Origin: Haliotis rubra
Lineage: Eukaryota
Direction: 5' to 3'
NCBI RefSeq assembly: GCF_003918875.1
Contig: NW_025767044.1
Span: forward strand, 558,001 to 622,000
Length of the DNA: 64,000 nt
A model generated the notes under the pieces. That model saw only the letters and a list, made by a program, of their open reading frames with translations. It ran no database searches and was not told where the DNA came from. Of the stretch, positions 25,270 through 37,460 are shown in pieces; positions within the stretch are counted from its first letter, which is position 1, and every line of letters begins with the position of its first letter. The position numbers and the translations under genes were made by a program.

Positions 25270-27074
25270 TATCTACATATACAGCCTAACTGCGCAATAC
25301 AATTCTCCAAAAGGATGTTTTATGTACAAAACTATTATCCAAATAAAAAACAAATTGGTTTGACATTGTAACCTGAGCCTAAAATCGATGTAGGAATCCA
25401 ATCTGTTCCACCTACACATTCACGACACATGCGTGTGTCAAGTCCAGAGCTTGCCCAGAGGAAGAGTTTTGTCAAAGAGATGTATAGGGGAGACACGGCG
25501 CCGTGACCTACATGCTGAACATATGCAGTCGGTTACATGACACCGCAGCCATGTAATGAATTAGTTTCTGGGATCACCCCCAGTGGTATTGTAATGTTAT
25601 TAATGGGACAGTTGGCCGTGCGTGGGAGGGACAGTTCGGTGGGGTAGTTTACCTAAAATCAGAGTCCTTGGACCAGGTCTCAGCGGCGTGGAACATGTTC
25701 ATTATCTATACTGAGTGCGGTGCTAAAACAAGACACACAAAAACCCTTATTATGAGTGTATCGATCATATGAGATTGCATCCTGAAGAACAACTTAGTGT
25801 TCCCGAATTACTCGGGCCGAATTTATATATATTACAAAGCAGATTGTTCTAGTTATAGAACTTTATGAAGTTATGTAAGTCATCTTGTTTATCAGTTCCA
25901 CTCTACCTCTCGACAAACACATTCATCGTTTACATCTTCCAACATACATGGGGGAGTTTGAAGAATAGCTAACAAAACGAATGTTTGTTTATGCATTGAG
26001 AAAACCATAACTCGTGAAATATCTTTTCAAATATGCCAGTGTCAGGTTATTTAAAGATACAGTATCGATTCGCATGTACATATCACTCACATGCCATAAA
26101 GACTCTTGATCAACGTATATTCAACCTTTTAAACCAATTAATCACATTTGACGTCGGCGAACATGACAAATATAAATATTTCTCCTGATATTGTAACTTA
26201 AACTTTCATCGTTTGTGGGACATAAATACTATATCAGGAATTGGTTTCATCTTATTGCCAGTTAATGAAAACGATAATGCCAAATTGTCGGCGCGTTGCC
26301 AATGAAGTCTTTTGATGTTTACATTACGACCACAGACCGTCTCGCCTTATCCAGTGAACCGATTTGCTGCATGATAAACTCTCACTGTATTTCTCGCTTG
26401 TGGCACCTTAACACCTTGGTGGTCCTAAAAAGGTTTGTGTTTGTCTTGTGCGATATTTAGTCGTAAGGATTTGGCAAATGGTAACTTATTGAAAAGGAAA
26501 AAAGTAACGGTGTGTGTGCCTGTGCGTGTGTGTGTGCGTGTGCACGCAAGACAGTTAACAGAGATCTTGAGGAGAGGACAGTCCTTATGTTTTCCATACC
26601 TATATACATGTGTATAGACAAACATGCATGTCCTAGTCACACTTAACATCACAAAACATGAACATCGCGAATTATTAAATGGTGTGGACTTTTATTCCAA
26701 GTAAGCCTACGTCGCAGGTTTATCCTTAGGTTCACGGTTTATATTGACAGTTAGTTTAAACCTTACGTTCGCTCATGAAATATCACATGTGTTGTTTGTG
26801 TAGTAAAGAACCAGTTGTATTCCTTTCAGGACGCACTGTACTTTGCTGATGTGTGTGGAGGGGCGGCAACAGGGGTGGGGAAGGAAGGGACGAGATCGTG
26901 ATCAAGGTACCAGATCTTAACCCGTGCTAATGCGGCATTATGATGTGGTTTCATAAATAAATACCTAACACAAACAGATACACATTATAAACTTGAACAT
27001 AAACAGAACAGAAACAGAACAGAACTACAACGTATATAAAGAACAGGTAGTGTTTGCCCAGTTTAAGGTTTGAT

Positions 27075-27289
27075 NNNNNNNNNNNNNNNNNNNNNNNNNN
27101 NNNNNNNNNNNNNNNNNNNNNNNNNNNNNNNNNNNNNNNNNNNNNNNNNNNNNNNNNNNNNNNNNNNNNNNNNNNNNNNNNNNNNNNNNNNNNNNNNNNN
27201 NNNNNNNNNNNNNNNNNNNNNNNNNNNNNNNNNNNNNNNNNNNNNNNNNNNNNNNNNNNNNNNNNNNNNNNNNNNNNNNNNNNNNNNNN
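27075..27289. other. Assembly gap (215 N)
   Basis: Run of N. Confidence 1.
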
Positions 27290-28054
27290 CTTTAGTTATA
27301 ATCTAACACGAAAGCATCAGCTAAACAGTGAAGGACACATTAATACTGAGCTCAGTTGCATAGAGCGTTCCAGTTAGCCATTCAGGGTTTCTTCCTCAGC
27401 CGGGTTGGTATGTACTGATCATCGGTTGGAATCCCATATTCGCTCACAATTTGGTGCTTGTTCCTGACACAAAAGGAGAACGTAACACAGGCCTATTTAG
27501 ATTTCTCCCACAAAGTTGACGCGCCTTAGTGTTCCTGTCGCTGAAGTATTGTTCAGAACTGACTCAAACCACTCTCACTAACACATCATTGCTAGAAATG
27601 GCTAATATCTCAAGCACGAACATTCCTCAAATACAGGGTACATGCCATTGACACTTATTTAGTGCAATATTTGTCATTTTTGATTGAGTTTAGGCAATCA
27701 CAAATTTACAAAAATATTAGTACCACAAGATGAACCAAATGTTTGCGAAAGTCTGGACTTGGAATTTGCAAGTGTATTTGCTCATAATATGGTTCGGGTA
27801 TCAACATTAATACTGTGTGGTTTACATGGTAAAATTAAGTAGATTTCTGTCAACTCAATTTTAATAAACAAATTGGGAAAGGTAGTCAAATCACCGTATC
27901 AGGCATATTTGCTGTGTAGAATCCAGATCGCAATTGTATAGCTTGTGCGGCAACCATTACCTTTTACAAAACCTTGCAATTGCTGCACAATAACATTTAA
28001 ATCGATGTTTTCTAGCGTATATGTTATCCAGCGTATTTGCTCATTACAGTTTTG

Positions 28055-28202
28055 CTCAGTTACGTTGGTTTTTGCAATATTCAGCAATATCATGGCGGGA
28101 ACACCAGAAATGGGCTCACCTACTGTACCTATGTGGGGAATCGAACCCGGGCCTTCGGCGTGACGAGCGAACGCTTTGGACTACTAGGCTACCCCACCGC
28201 CT
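28055..28202 (-). mobile_element. tRNA-derived SINE family 1 (diverged)
   Basis: acaccagaaatgggct...ggggaatcgaacccggg...ctaggctaccccaccgc. Confidence 0.85.
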
Positions 28203-31200
28203 CTGCTCATTATAACTTTCGAATATCAACATTAATACTGTGTGGTTTACATGCATGACGAAGGTAAACTTAAACAGATTCTGTGAAGGTTTTAATAACC
28301 AAATTGGGAAAGGTAGTAAAATCACCGTATCAGGCATACTTACTGTGTAGCACCCAGATCAAATTTTCGTAGCGTGAAATGCAACATTACCTTAGTTTTA
28401 TATAACCTTGCTTCACAATAACACTTAATCGATGGTTTCCTTAAGGATATATGTAACGTAGAAAAGGCTCGTTTAAAATGACAAATGACAAATGACGTAA
28501 AGCTATTTCCAACTCTGACACTTTGAGTTCGGCAACTAAAAACAACGAACATCGTCCCACAAGTAGTAAAACACATAACATGTGACAAACTGTACACTGT
28601 ATATGCTACTGGCAGTATTCCTCGATGCCAGTACCGATGCACTGTTGACAACACTGTTGAAGAACACACACTTGACGTTCAATTAATGCATTTTATTTCA
28701 AGACCCCCAGAGGGTATTGATGGGACAGTTAGTGTGTTGTTTCCGATTTTCTCGAGTTCTTGTGGGATGGCATTTTCCCACATAGATATATTATATTTGC
28801 ATATTACTAAAAGAAGAGTGAAGTTTAAATCAAACATTTTTTTGGAGCTGGGTTTGTGTAGAAACTGTCGATTTGACGCGTGTTATCTAGCATTTAAATC
28901 GATAAAAGTTCAATCTAAAAGTCTTTCCTGATGGCAGTACATCAGTTCTTCAGGACAGGTAACCTTATGCTACATAAAATGTAACCAAAGCTCGCTGTTC
29001 ATGTGAATAGGAAACAACTTTATAAACGAACAACTTCATACTACCCTGTCGTTATCGTTGGTCATAAGCATCCTTGTCCTTTATCAAAACACCTCCTTTG
29101 TCATCGTCAATTGCAACCGCTGTGTTATGTCTATTACGTAAATGACATATGATACTTTTTAACAACAATATGTTTTCCCTTTTGTAGTCGTCACTTTATT
29201 ATCCATTTGGAACAAGAGCATTTTCAAGACACACAGATGTGTTGGCTGATTTTCTACACTTAACCATACTGTACAACGTATTACACAGAACAGTTTTATA
29301 GTGCAGTTGTATGCAACATATTGAGGATATATACTTAGTTATCACATAATAATGCTTGTTTAGTTCATAGATTTACATTGCGAAATGAGGTTTCCATTGG
29401 TTTACATAAAGTTACAATGACAACAAAACCTCCTGTAAACGGTAGAATGATGATATGGGGTACACGTGCATTACAGGTGGTATAATTCATTAACAATCTG
29501 TCTGGCTTTACAGAATATATTGTTTCATTCAATGGCAAGTCTGGTATGATAAAAAAGCATAGCGTAATAAAATAGCTTAAATCAAGGAATCTCGAAACGA
29601 TATCGGGAGGGAGGAAAAATATAGCACAATCATGACCCTGCTTACAATCTCAAACATGCAATCTCTGGAGAATTGTCATATGTTATAGGGAGGTTTTGAT
29701 TTTGATCTTCAAAAATAATGTTTGTTCGTTTGAAACCAAGCTGTTGCAAAGAATATTGTTATTCATGAAAACGATGAAACTAGAGAATGTATTTGTTGCC
29801 TAGTGGAAAGAGCATTCGGTTTCACAACGAGTTTGAATTCCCATAAAATAGAACTCATTCACTCACTCATCAGGATATGTCCATCCACAGCAAGCAAAAC
29901 CCTTTTTATTTGTTATATTCTAATATAACATACAAACATAACTTTCTGTCATTTTCAATTAGTGCTACTCGATCTGTGAGAAAAAAATGTTTCATAGCAG
30001 GACGCAGAACATTTAATTTCAGGTGCCAATACCATCTCTTGAGTCTCCTCTATGTGATGTACTCATACATGCAATGATCTGCTGTCAGCGACCTGTCACT
30101 CGGGTTGTTTCTCCAACGGAGAACTAATAGAGGAAGAGTGTTTTTCAATCGTTGGGAAATCCATAACGATGACAGTCAAGAGAAGAGGTGTCTATTTGTT
30201 TTGTATCCTTTGTTATACATCCACTGGTGGCGCTATAATTTGTTTTGTTTCCGTAAAATACCAAACAATGTTGGCCTTCTGTACTATTCCAGAGGGACAT
30301 GAATAAAGTATAATCAATCGGAAATGCGACAAGGTGAAAATGGGTTTCAGTGGGAAAAAGATAGATTGGTGTTGCTTTTGAAATCAATACTATAACTGGA
30401 CAATCAACGTGGACATTTATGAGGATATTTTTGTTGAGTATACCGACACATCTCTCCTCTTTCAGCACTGCGATCGATGAAGCTGACCAAATCGGACCTT
30501 AAAATATAATACTTTGAACAGTATGCCATTTTTATCAAATAATATGATGTGTGAGGAAAGTGAGTACGTTCCCAGCAATATTCCAGTTTTATGACGGCGG
30601 ACTGTAAATTATTGTATTTGGACCAGTGATTCATCTTAGCAAAGATCCGATCCGTCGGAATACAATCAAACGAAATAGACGCGGTCAACGAGTTTTCAGC
30701 CGGATCCATTTTGTCCACTCATACGACCAGCCGATGTGTATTGTCTGATCTAACCTGATCTGGTCAGAATGCAGTTACCGCAGTTGTAAAAGCAGTGTGA
30801 ATATATCTGCTATTTCGTAGACTGTCTCGGAGCACACGCTTTACAAGTTATCTTAGTGTGCCTGTAGCTAGCTGGATTGGACGTCAACAGCATTCGCTGA
30901 CGCCTTTGCATGTGGAAACTCTACTTGAATAGATGTTTCAACGTGGGATGGAAATTTATTGATTATTTTCAAATGCAACAATCATAACACAAGATGTCCA
31001 TCTTTACAACACACCATACAACTTAATAATTCATACATGTACACAAGTGGTAAAAGTGGACCGTGAGATGGTCCGTTGTATTTACGGTTGCCTGACCCAT
31101 TTTCAAAATGGTGTTTAGCTGTTCAAACTCGTAATAGATGAAACTCCCGAGGTCATTTCGTAATAGGTCACTAATTTAATACGAACAGCTGTACAAGTAA

Positions 31201-31920
31201 TATACTCTTCATTAAAATGAACGTGTTTTAAGAACACATCTTCACATCGTTTTATGCAATCTTTTCAAAGACAAGATATCTGAATACATTTTTATGGAAA
31301 TACCTTTCTTTTTTCCAATTTCGTTTTCCTTGCGGCCTCGTTGCCTTGCGTTGTTGAATCAATACCCTCAGCGTGGCAAACAAAGATTACTCCGAACAAG
31401 GCGCCAGGCGCCGAAAAAATAATCAACAAATTTGTGGCCGGGGAAAGTGTTAATGGAGTAATCTGCTGGACTTGCCTGTGACAAAATGGTGAGATGATAT
31501 ACAGTGATGGCCTCTGCCTGCACTAGATCATCGATGGGCGCTTTCTACATACAGGAGGGAGTTTACTTTTGCAGTTATGAAATGAAGCTGAAGAGACTTG
31601 GTCCAACCGGTCAAACAGAGATTTATATTAAATGGAATTCTTTTGCCAGTGATAATTAAAATGTAAGTTTGAATAGGCTATGTGTGAATGACCCTTTGTC
31701 ATAAATCACACATATATTATGTCTAAGCACAAAATATAATCGGGAATTATGTTGTTATTGTTTAGCTTTTCCTTTAGTATTTAAATACACTACCAGATGT
31801 AGTTTGTTGTTATACGGCAACATTACCATAGTTCAAATTTGCAACATCCATGATATGACGTTTTCCTGCCGAATATCGCAAATGATTTATAGGCGTGGTT
31901 ATGAATATAGATATGACCAT

Positions 31921-32160
31921 GAGTGAGTGAGTGAGTTAAAATTTAACGTCACACCGGCAATATTTCAGCCATATAGTGACGAGAACAAAGTTAGTATATA
32001 TGATAAATATCTGTCACGAAGGAAAGTAAAACTTTAGCAACGTATCACAGAATGCAAGTATAAAAAATTATCATTTCCAATTCTAAAAATGCAACTCGAT
32101 GTGACATATATTAACATTAAAACACGGGCTATGGACCACCAAAGATATGACCATGATTAC
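31921..32160 (-). mobile_element. Nimb/I-type LINE 3' tail
   Basis: gagtgagtgagttaaaatttaacgtcacaccggcaatatttcagccatatagtgacgag... Confidence 0.75.
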
Positions 32161-32752
32161 CCCTGCCACATAATGTCGTGTATCAGTCTTGATGCAAGCC
32201 ATGCACTTGTAGATGGAGGCAGTTAACTTCGACTTATGATCTACAAATGCAATGAGAGACAACATCCAATTACACACCCGTGAGTGCAATAAAGAGTTGC
32301 AAGGCGAAGCGTTGGACCGTGTAAATATTCCATAGCACTGCATCCATACTATAACCCGATACCATCCGCCTGCCAGGATGTATCGGATGGGAGTTACGTG
32401 TGATTTATACAGGGTTCACATCTGCTGGAGCTGTTCTCTCTTCAGTTCCTGAAGGTGTCAGCATGACACCAACCGTTTTGCCATGTCAGTTAATTAGCCA
32501 ACGTTTCCTACTCCTACCATTATGCTGTGGAGGTTGTATGCGGTAAGAACTAATTGGACATAATATACGACAACGGCAGCTGCTTCGGTAATGGCAATGA
32601 CGACGGCCATATGTAAAGTGGCTTTACAAAATAAAGGTCAGGATGGATTGATCCAAACGGGACATGACTGCCGGTAACTACAGCAGCAATGCAGTGGTGT
32701 CGTTTACTACCCTAGTCGTTCACCCACAGGTACCAGAAGTTGGTATTGCTGA

Positions 32753-32977
32753 TGAGTGTGTGAGTGAGTGTAGCTTTTCGCCACAATCAGCAATAGTCCA
32801 GCTATATGGCTTCGGTCTTTAAATGGACCAGAGAATCCAGTGATAAACATCATGGGCATCGATCTACGCAGTTGGGATACGATGACACGTTTCAACCAAG
32901 TCAGCGAGCCTGACCATCCGATCCCGTTAGTCGCCTCTTACGACAAGCTTAGGATGCTGATTATCAAGTCTAACCCG
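32753..32977 (-). mobile_element. SINE family 2, left-arm-specific
   Basis: Reverse complement of family-2 body with (actc)n tail; absent from mirrored site ~42810-42850. Confidence 0.8.
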
Positions 32978-34149
32978 TTTTTTCGGGTTATTGCTGATGA
33001 ACATACAGTAGATAAGTACGAACAACACTCGAACAGAAAAGACAATATATTGTGTATGTTAAATTGAGTTTACACATTCAACACCGACTACAGTCGAACC
33101 CAAGAGTAAGCTTACCCTAAGGTTTTGAAAATATCTGAGAAAAGTCGTGGCGGAAAAAACTATATATTTGTACATAGACATGTTATACCAACGTATACCT
33201 AAATACCAGCTATCCCTGTCCATCAAGCACAAAAATGTGTTGTTTGTCCTAGCCTACAACGAGTCATTCTTCGATGTTGCATTATAGCTCAATATATACA
33301 ATATATTGCAATGTAAAATGGATGCATACAGAATATCAAAACACGTTTCTGCAGTAATGATATATTTCCATATGAAGGACTTTGGACATTGTCATATATT
33401 TCACGTTTCTTTGATAGAAAGAAAGCTAAATTATTACTTATGTTGAAAAAGTCGGATTTGGAGAATCAGAAACTAATATCCACAGATAGGCTTGTCTCAT
33501 ATATATAGCTATCAGCAAATATAAACTGGCCAGAAGACTGTGATGTATTGCTTGCAGTTTGATTTACGTGGTAATTCTCAATTTTATCGCTATTTTTCAA
33601 GTAGTGTGCTCGATATGTGTAAGATTTATTGGATCTGAAGATGAAATAACTTTTTGCATCTGGATTTCTCATAGAAAAGCCCATTACGATGAAGGCCTGG
33701 TTGTTTGTTTTTAAGATGATTTACTTATTAGTAATAGACAGACACAATACATGCTTTTGGAAAGAGGCTGGATTCCAAGTTACGTCAACAACTTTGTGGT
33801 GATATGGTTTGACTGGCTGTAATAACATTTCTTGCTATTATAGGATCAGTTGAAGCATATCCAATGACAAATGTACTAGTCTTCCGCTCTGTTGCGCTGT
33901 ACAGCACTTGACACCTATTGACTTAAGCCGTGTGAATATGTATATACCGGACGCGTCAGCAGTTTTCATAATAAACCAAAGGTGAGGATATACCACATAA
34001 ACGTCAAGAAATCACTCAATATGAAAATATTGACGGAAAGCCGTGTGATGAAAGCGGAATGTGTTTAATAATAAGTCGTCTTCTATAGCGCACAGTCTCC
34101 AAACACCAAGTGTTTGCTCTCGGCGCTTAATCAGAATATGATTCTTATT

Positions 34150-34300
34150 ACCCCGGATAACCCAAGCTGCCTGTTAGGCGCTAGAAGGTTATAGTCACAT
34201 GACTTTATCCAACCGGGTACCCATTTTCTGCTGGGTGAACAGAGGCAACTTTGAACAAACTCACTTGCTTAAGGTGAGACCACATGTATCACATGTGCTT
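34150..34300 (-). mobile_element. SINE fragment of a third family (conserved central domain)
   Basis: gggtacccattttctgctgggtgaacagaggc...cacttgcttaagg; reverse complement resembles the cacccagc..aaatgggtacc core of invertebrate central-domain SINEs. Confidence 0.5.
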
Positions 34301-34326
34301 CGGAAACATGAAATTTATTCTGTTTA

Positions 34327-34572
34327 AGTGAGTGAGTTAAGATTTTACGTCACCTCGGCAATGTTTCAGCCATATAGTGACGAGAAATGTTTTACATAAA
34401 CAATAAATTTAAGTTGCTAAATAATCAGTCAACGAAGGACTGTAAAATAACTAGAGTATCACAGATGGAGTCTAAAACTAGCATGAACATGTAAAACTAT
34501 TTTATTTACGAAGACAATACAATATAAAAACGGGCTATAGGTCGCCAACAACTGAAGGTAGATCACCACACT
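34327..34572 (-). mobile_element. Nimb/I-type LINE 3' tail
   Basis: Close match to 54742-55005. Confidence 0.75.
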
Positions 34573-37277
34573 AACACCGAATGCAGCAATAATATGGTGG
34601 CAGCATGTAGATAAACGAGTGTGGACTCAAATAGTTTTCAAATTTTGAAAAAAAGTTCCGCCCAAATTAATTTGCCACTAGTAGTATAAAACCCGTGAGA
34701 GTAACAGGATTTCATTTCTTTTCATTTCAAAAGGAAAATCGCCTCCATCATAATAAAACATAACAGAGTTAAAATCGTACACACTCATTTCCCGAAGATG
34801 TGAGACGTCCGAACACCATCCACGCTACCCAAGGCTACCTTACCTTTCAAACTTGCCACAATGATTAGGCGGCAACGGTGTTAAATGGGAAGTTTAAACA
34901 CACATCACACAGTCCGTTTTTTGCCATTGTATCCGTCGATCCGGTGAGTAAAATCAGTGTTAACTAGACGTTTCTCTTTGTTCTCAGAAGTCATTTTGAG
35001 CGCATAAACTCTATCACTTTAACGAAATTACACCACACTAATAGGCCTCGTAGACAGCATATTGTCAGAAGAAGTGTGTCAGAGAGAGTTGCCCAACTTC
35101 AGTGTACTGCCAATTGACTAAATGTTTCGGGCAGACCGATAAACATCGCTCCATCAAATATGAAATGACCTTTGCAAGCGTTAAATGTTCCTATCACAGG
35201 ACAAAGTCGTACTTAAGCAATCGTCGGAGTTAAAGACACCCGTGGGATTGTACTGTATATTATCGTGATGTGAAAGGTTGGTTTCGTCATTTCGTAAAAT
35301 GAATTTTAGATATAATGGATGACATACGACGCTTAGAGTCTAAAACCTTAAACTGTATATTTGATTACATATGTAAGACGTCATTAAAGATAACCACATG
35401 TAATACATTGTTTGGAACTTATGTGAAAGGACAAAGCCTTTCCCAGTAGAATTTGTTTTGGCAGACACTGATCATCGTGAAATTATTCTGAGCATCATTT
35501 TTTAAGAAGATACGTTATATTTATTGTTCCGAAACATTATAGGGTTGAGTCACATCGCTAATCACCTCTGCCCATCTATGTCATTAACCATTTAACATGC
35601 ATACAGATCTTATGAGTAGTTTACCCAATTTTCTTGAAAACCAGCTATATAAATATGATAAAGATATCTCTTGATGTCCAAATAGACAGAAAGAGTAATG
35701 GAAATATTAAGCTCTCTAGGTAATGGTTGCTACCCGATTATGTGGATCAGTATCTTATAAAAAACATATATTTTTCTCTAGAAACGTTTCGTTTAATGCA
35801 AGACTTTCTTTTAACGGAAAGAAAACGTTATTAATAGTGCTACAGATGATCGATGCAATTATGATATAAGTTTCAAAGGATACAGCGGAAAGAATCAATC
35901 AAACAATCACACTCGTATATCTTATAGCACACTGTGACAAGATAGTCACCTGGAAAGAACACTACCATGTCTATTATCCTTCTGGCCACTAAGTGCTTTG
36001 CATGAAAGATTTATTTGTCCATTTCAAGTGACTTTCTTTGTAACGGTGTCCTAAATAACCATTGTTCTCATGGTGTATGAGTCCTCGAATGGGTCCAGGT
36101 AATCAGGCGAGACTGGCTGCGATAGTAACACAACATTTACAGATTTTCATGTAAATATGTCAGATTTTTAGATTTACTATCTCTGGTTAATTAGTCAGTT
36201 AATGGAGCACATCCACGATACAGGCCTCACACATGGAGGCATGTTTAGATATTTACAGTTGTCATACAAACCAACGTTAAGCTTAATCACATCATGTTGA
36301 AAGGTTATACAGTATAATTTATTGAATGGTGATAAGGACTCTTCGATTTGCATCTGAGGACGGAGGCATTTTTTGCAACATGCGTTTTATGTGGGGCTCG
36401 ATAATATAGCCGGGATTTTCGAATGGGTCCAGGTAATCAGGCGAGACTGACTGCGATAGTAACATAACATTTACAGATTTCCATGTAAATATGTCAGTAA
36501 GTTGAGTGGTATTACGATCTATGGTTAATTAGTCAGTTAATGGAGCAAATCAACGATATAGGCTCTGGAGTCTCCAACACGAAAGCCTGTTCACATATTT
36601 ACAGTTGTCATACAAACCAAAGTTAAACTTCATGTTTAATGGTTATACAATGTTATTTACTAAAAGTAACTGGGTGTCGTCGATTTGAATCTGACACAGA
36701 GCTACATGTGTTGTTGTTAACATGCATTTTATGTGAGGATCGATAATATAGCTGGGTTTTTCTGGGAAGGAAGTCTAAAGTAAATATGTGTGAAATACAT
36801 CTTCTTACTGAAATACTAATTGAAAGACTACAGCACCGTGGATATTGTCCCGCCTTGAAAATATTTGAAATATGTTCGGATTTTGTCATTTCATACAAAT
36901 CTGCTACATATACATTACACAATGAAGTGCGATTTAAACATAAGTAAACCTGAGACTATACTCAATTTCACAACTATCAAAAGCCATATCATCCCATCTG
37001 TCTGACATCGATCATCCAACATGTAAATGTTGCAGAGTGTGCTGGATGTAGTTAACTGATGTCTTCCCTAGTCCCCCATTACCGAGGCAGTCCACAACAA
37101 CGGCGTCCCTGATTACAAACTCCAAGAATCGTTCATTTGCGATAATATCAGTCATATATTTGTGTTTTCACCGGCTCTTGCACCACAGCCTGCATAATAT
37201 CTTGTCCCTCTCGTCGCTCTGGTTACGCTGGGCTTGCAGATCTGAATGACGCAGATCACCTTACTCTGATAACATTC

Positions 37278-37335
37278 AGCCGCCATATAGCTGGAATATT
37301 GCTGAGTGCGGCGTAAAACTAAACTCACTCACTCA
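37278..37335 (+). mobile_element. 5'-truncated SINE tail with TSD
   Basis: gccgccatatagctggaatattgctgagtgcggcgtaaaactaaactcactcactc, TSD ctgataacattc (37266-37277/37336-37347). Confidence 0.85.
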
Positions 37336-37348
37336 CTGATAACATTCC

Positions 37349-37460
37349 TGTAACTAGATTTACGAAGCTCTCTTAGAGCTAATATAGTCGTAAATGTCAT
37401 ACATTAACATTAACGTACGACTATCTTAGCTCTAAGAGAGCTTAAAAAATCTAGGCCCTG
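37349..37460. mobile_element. Short hairpin MITE
   Basis: ctagatttacgaagctctcttagagctaatatagtcgta ... tacgactatcttagctctaagagagctt....aatctag: near-perfect ~40-bp inverted arms; absent from mirrored arm. Confidence 0.75.

Noticed and set aside
27054-27377. ORFs of 107 and 78 aa in the track
   Set aside because: Artefacts of translating the N gap.
35235-35300. HPWDCTVYY...GWFRHF resembling a Toll-like receptor LRR-CT cap (and LEELALTENRL at ~47010-47045)
   Set aside because: No LRR series, transmembrane helix or TIR domain is recognisable, and the substitution pattern between copies favours a different frame.
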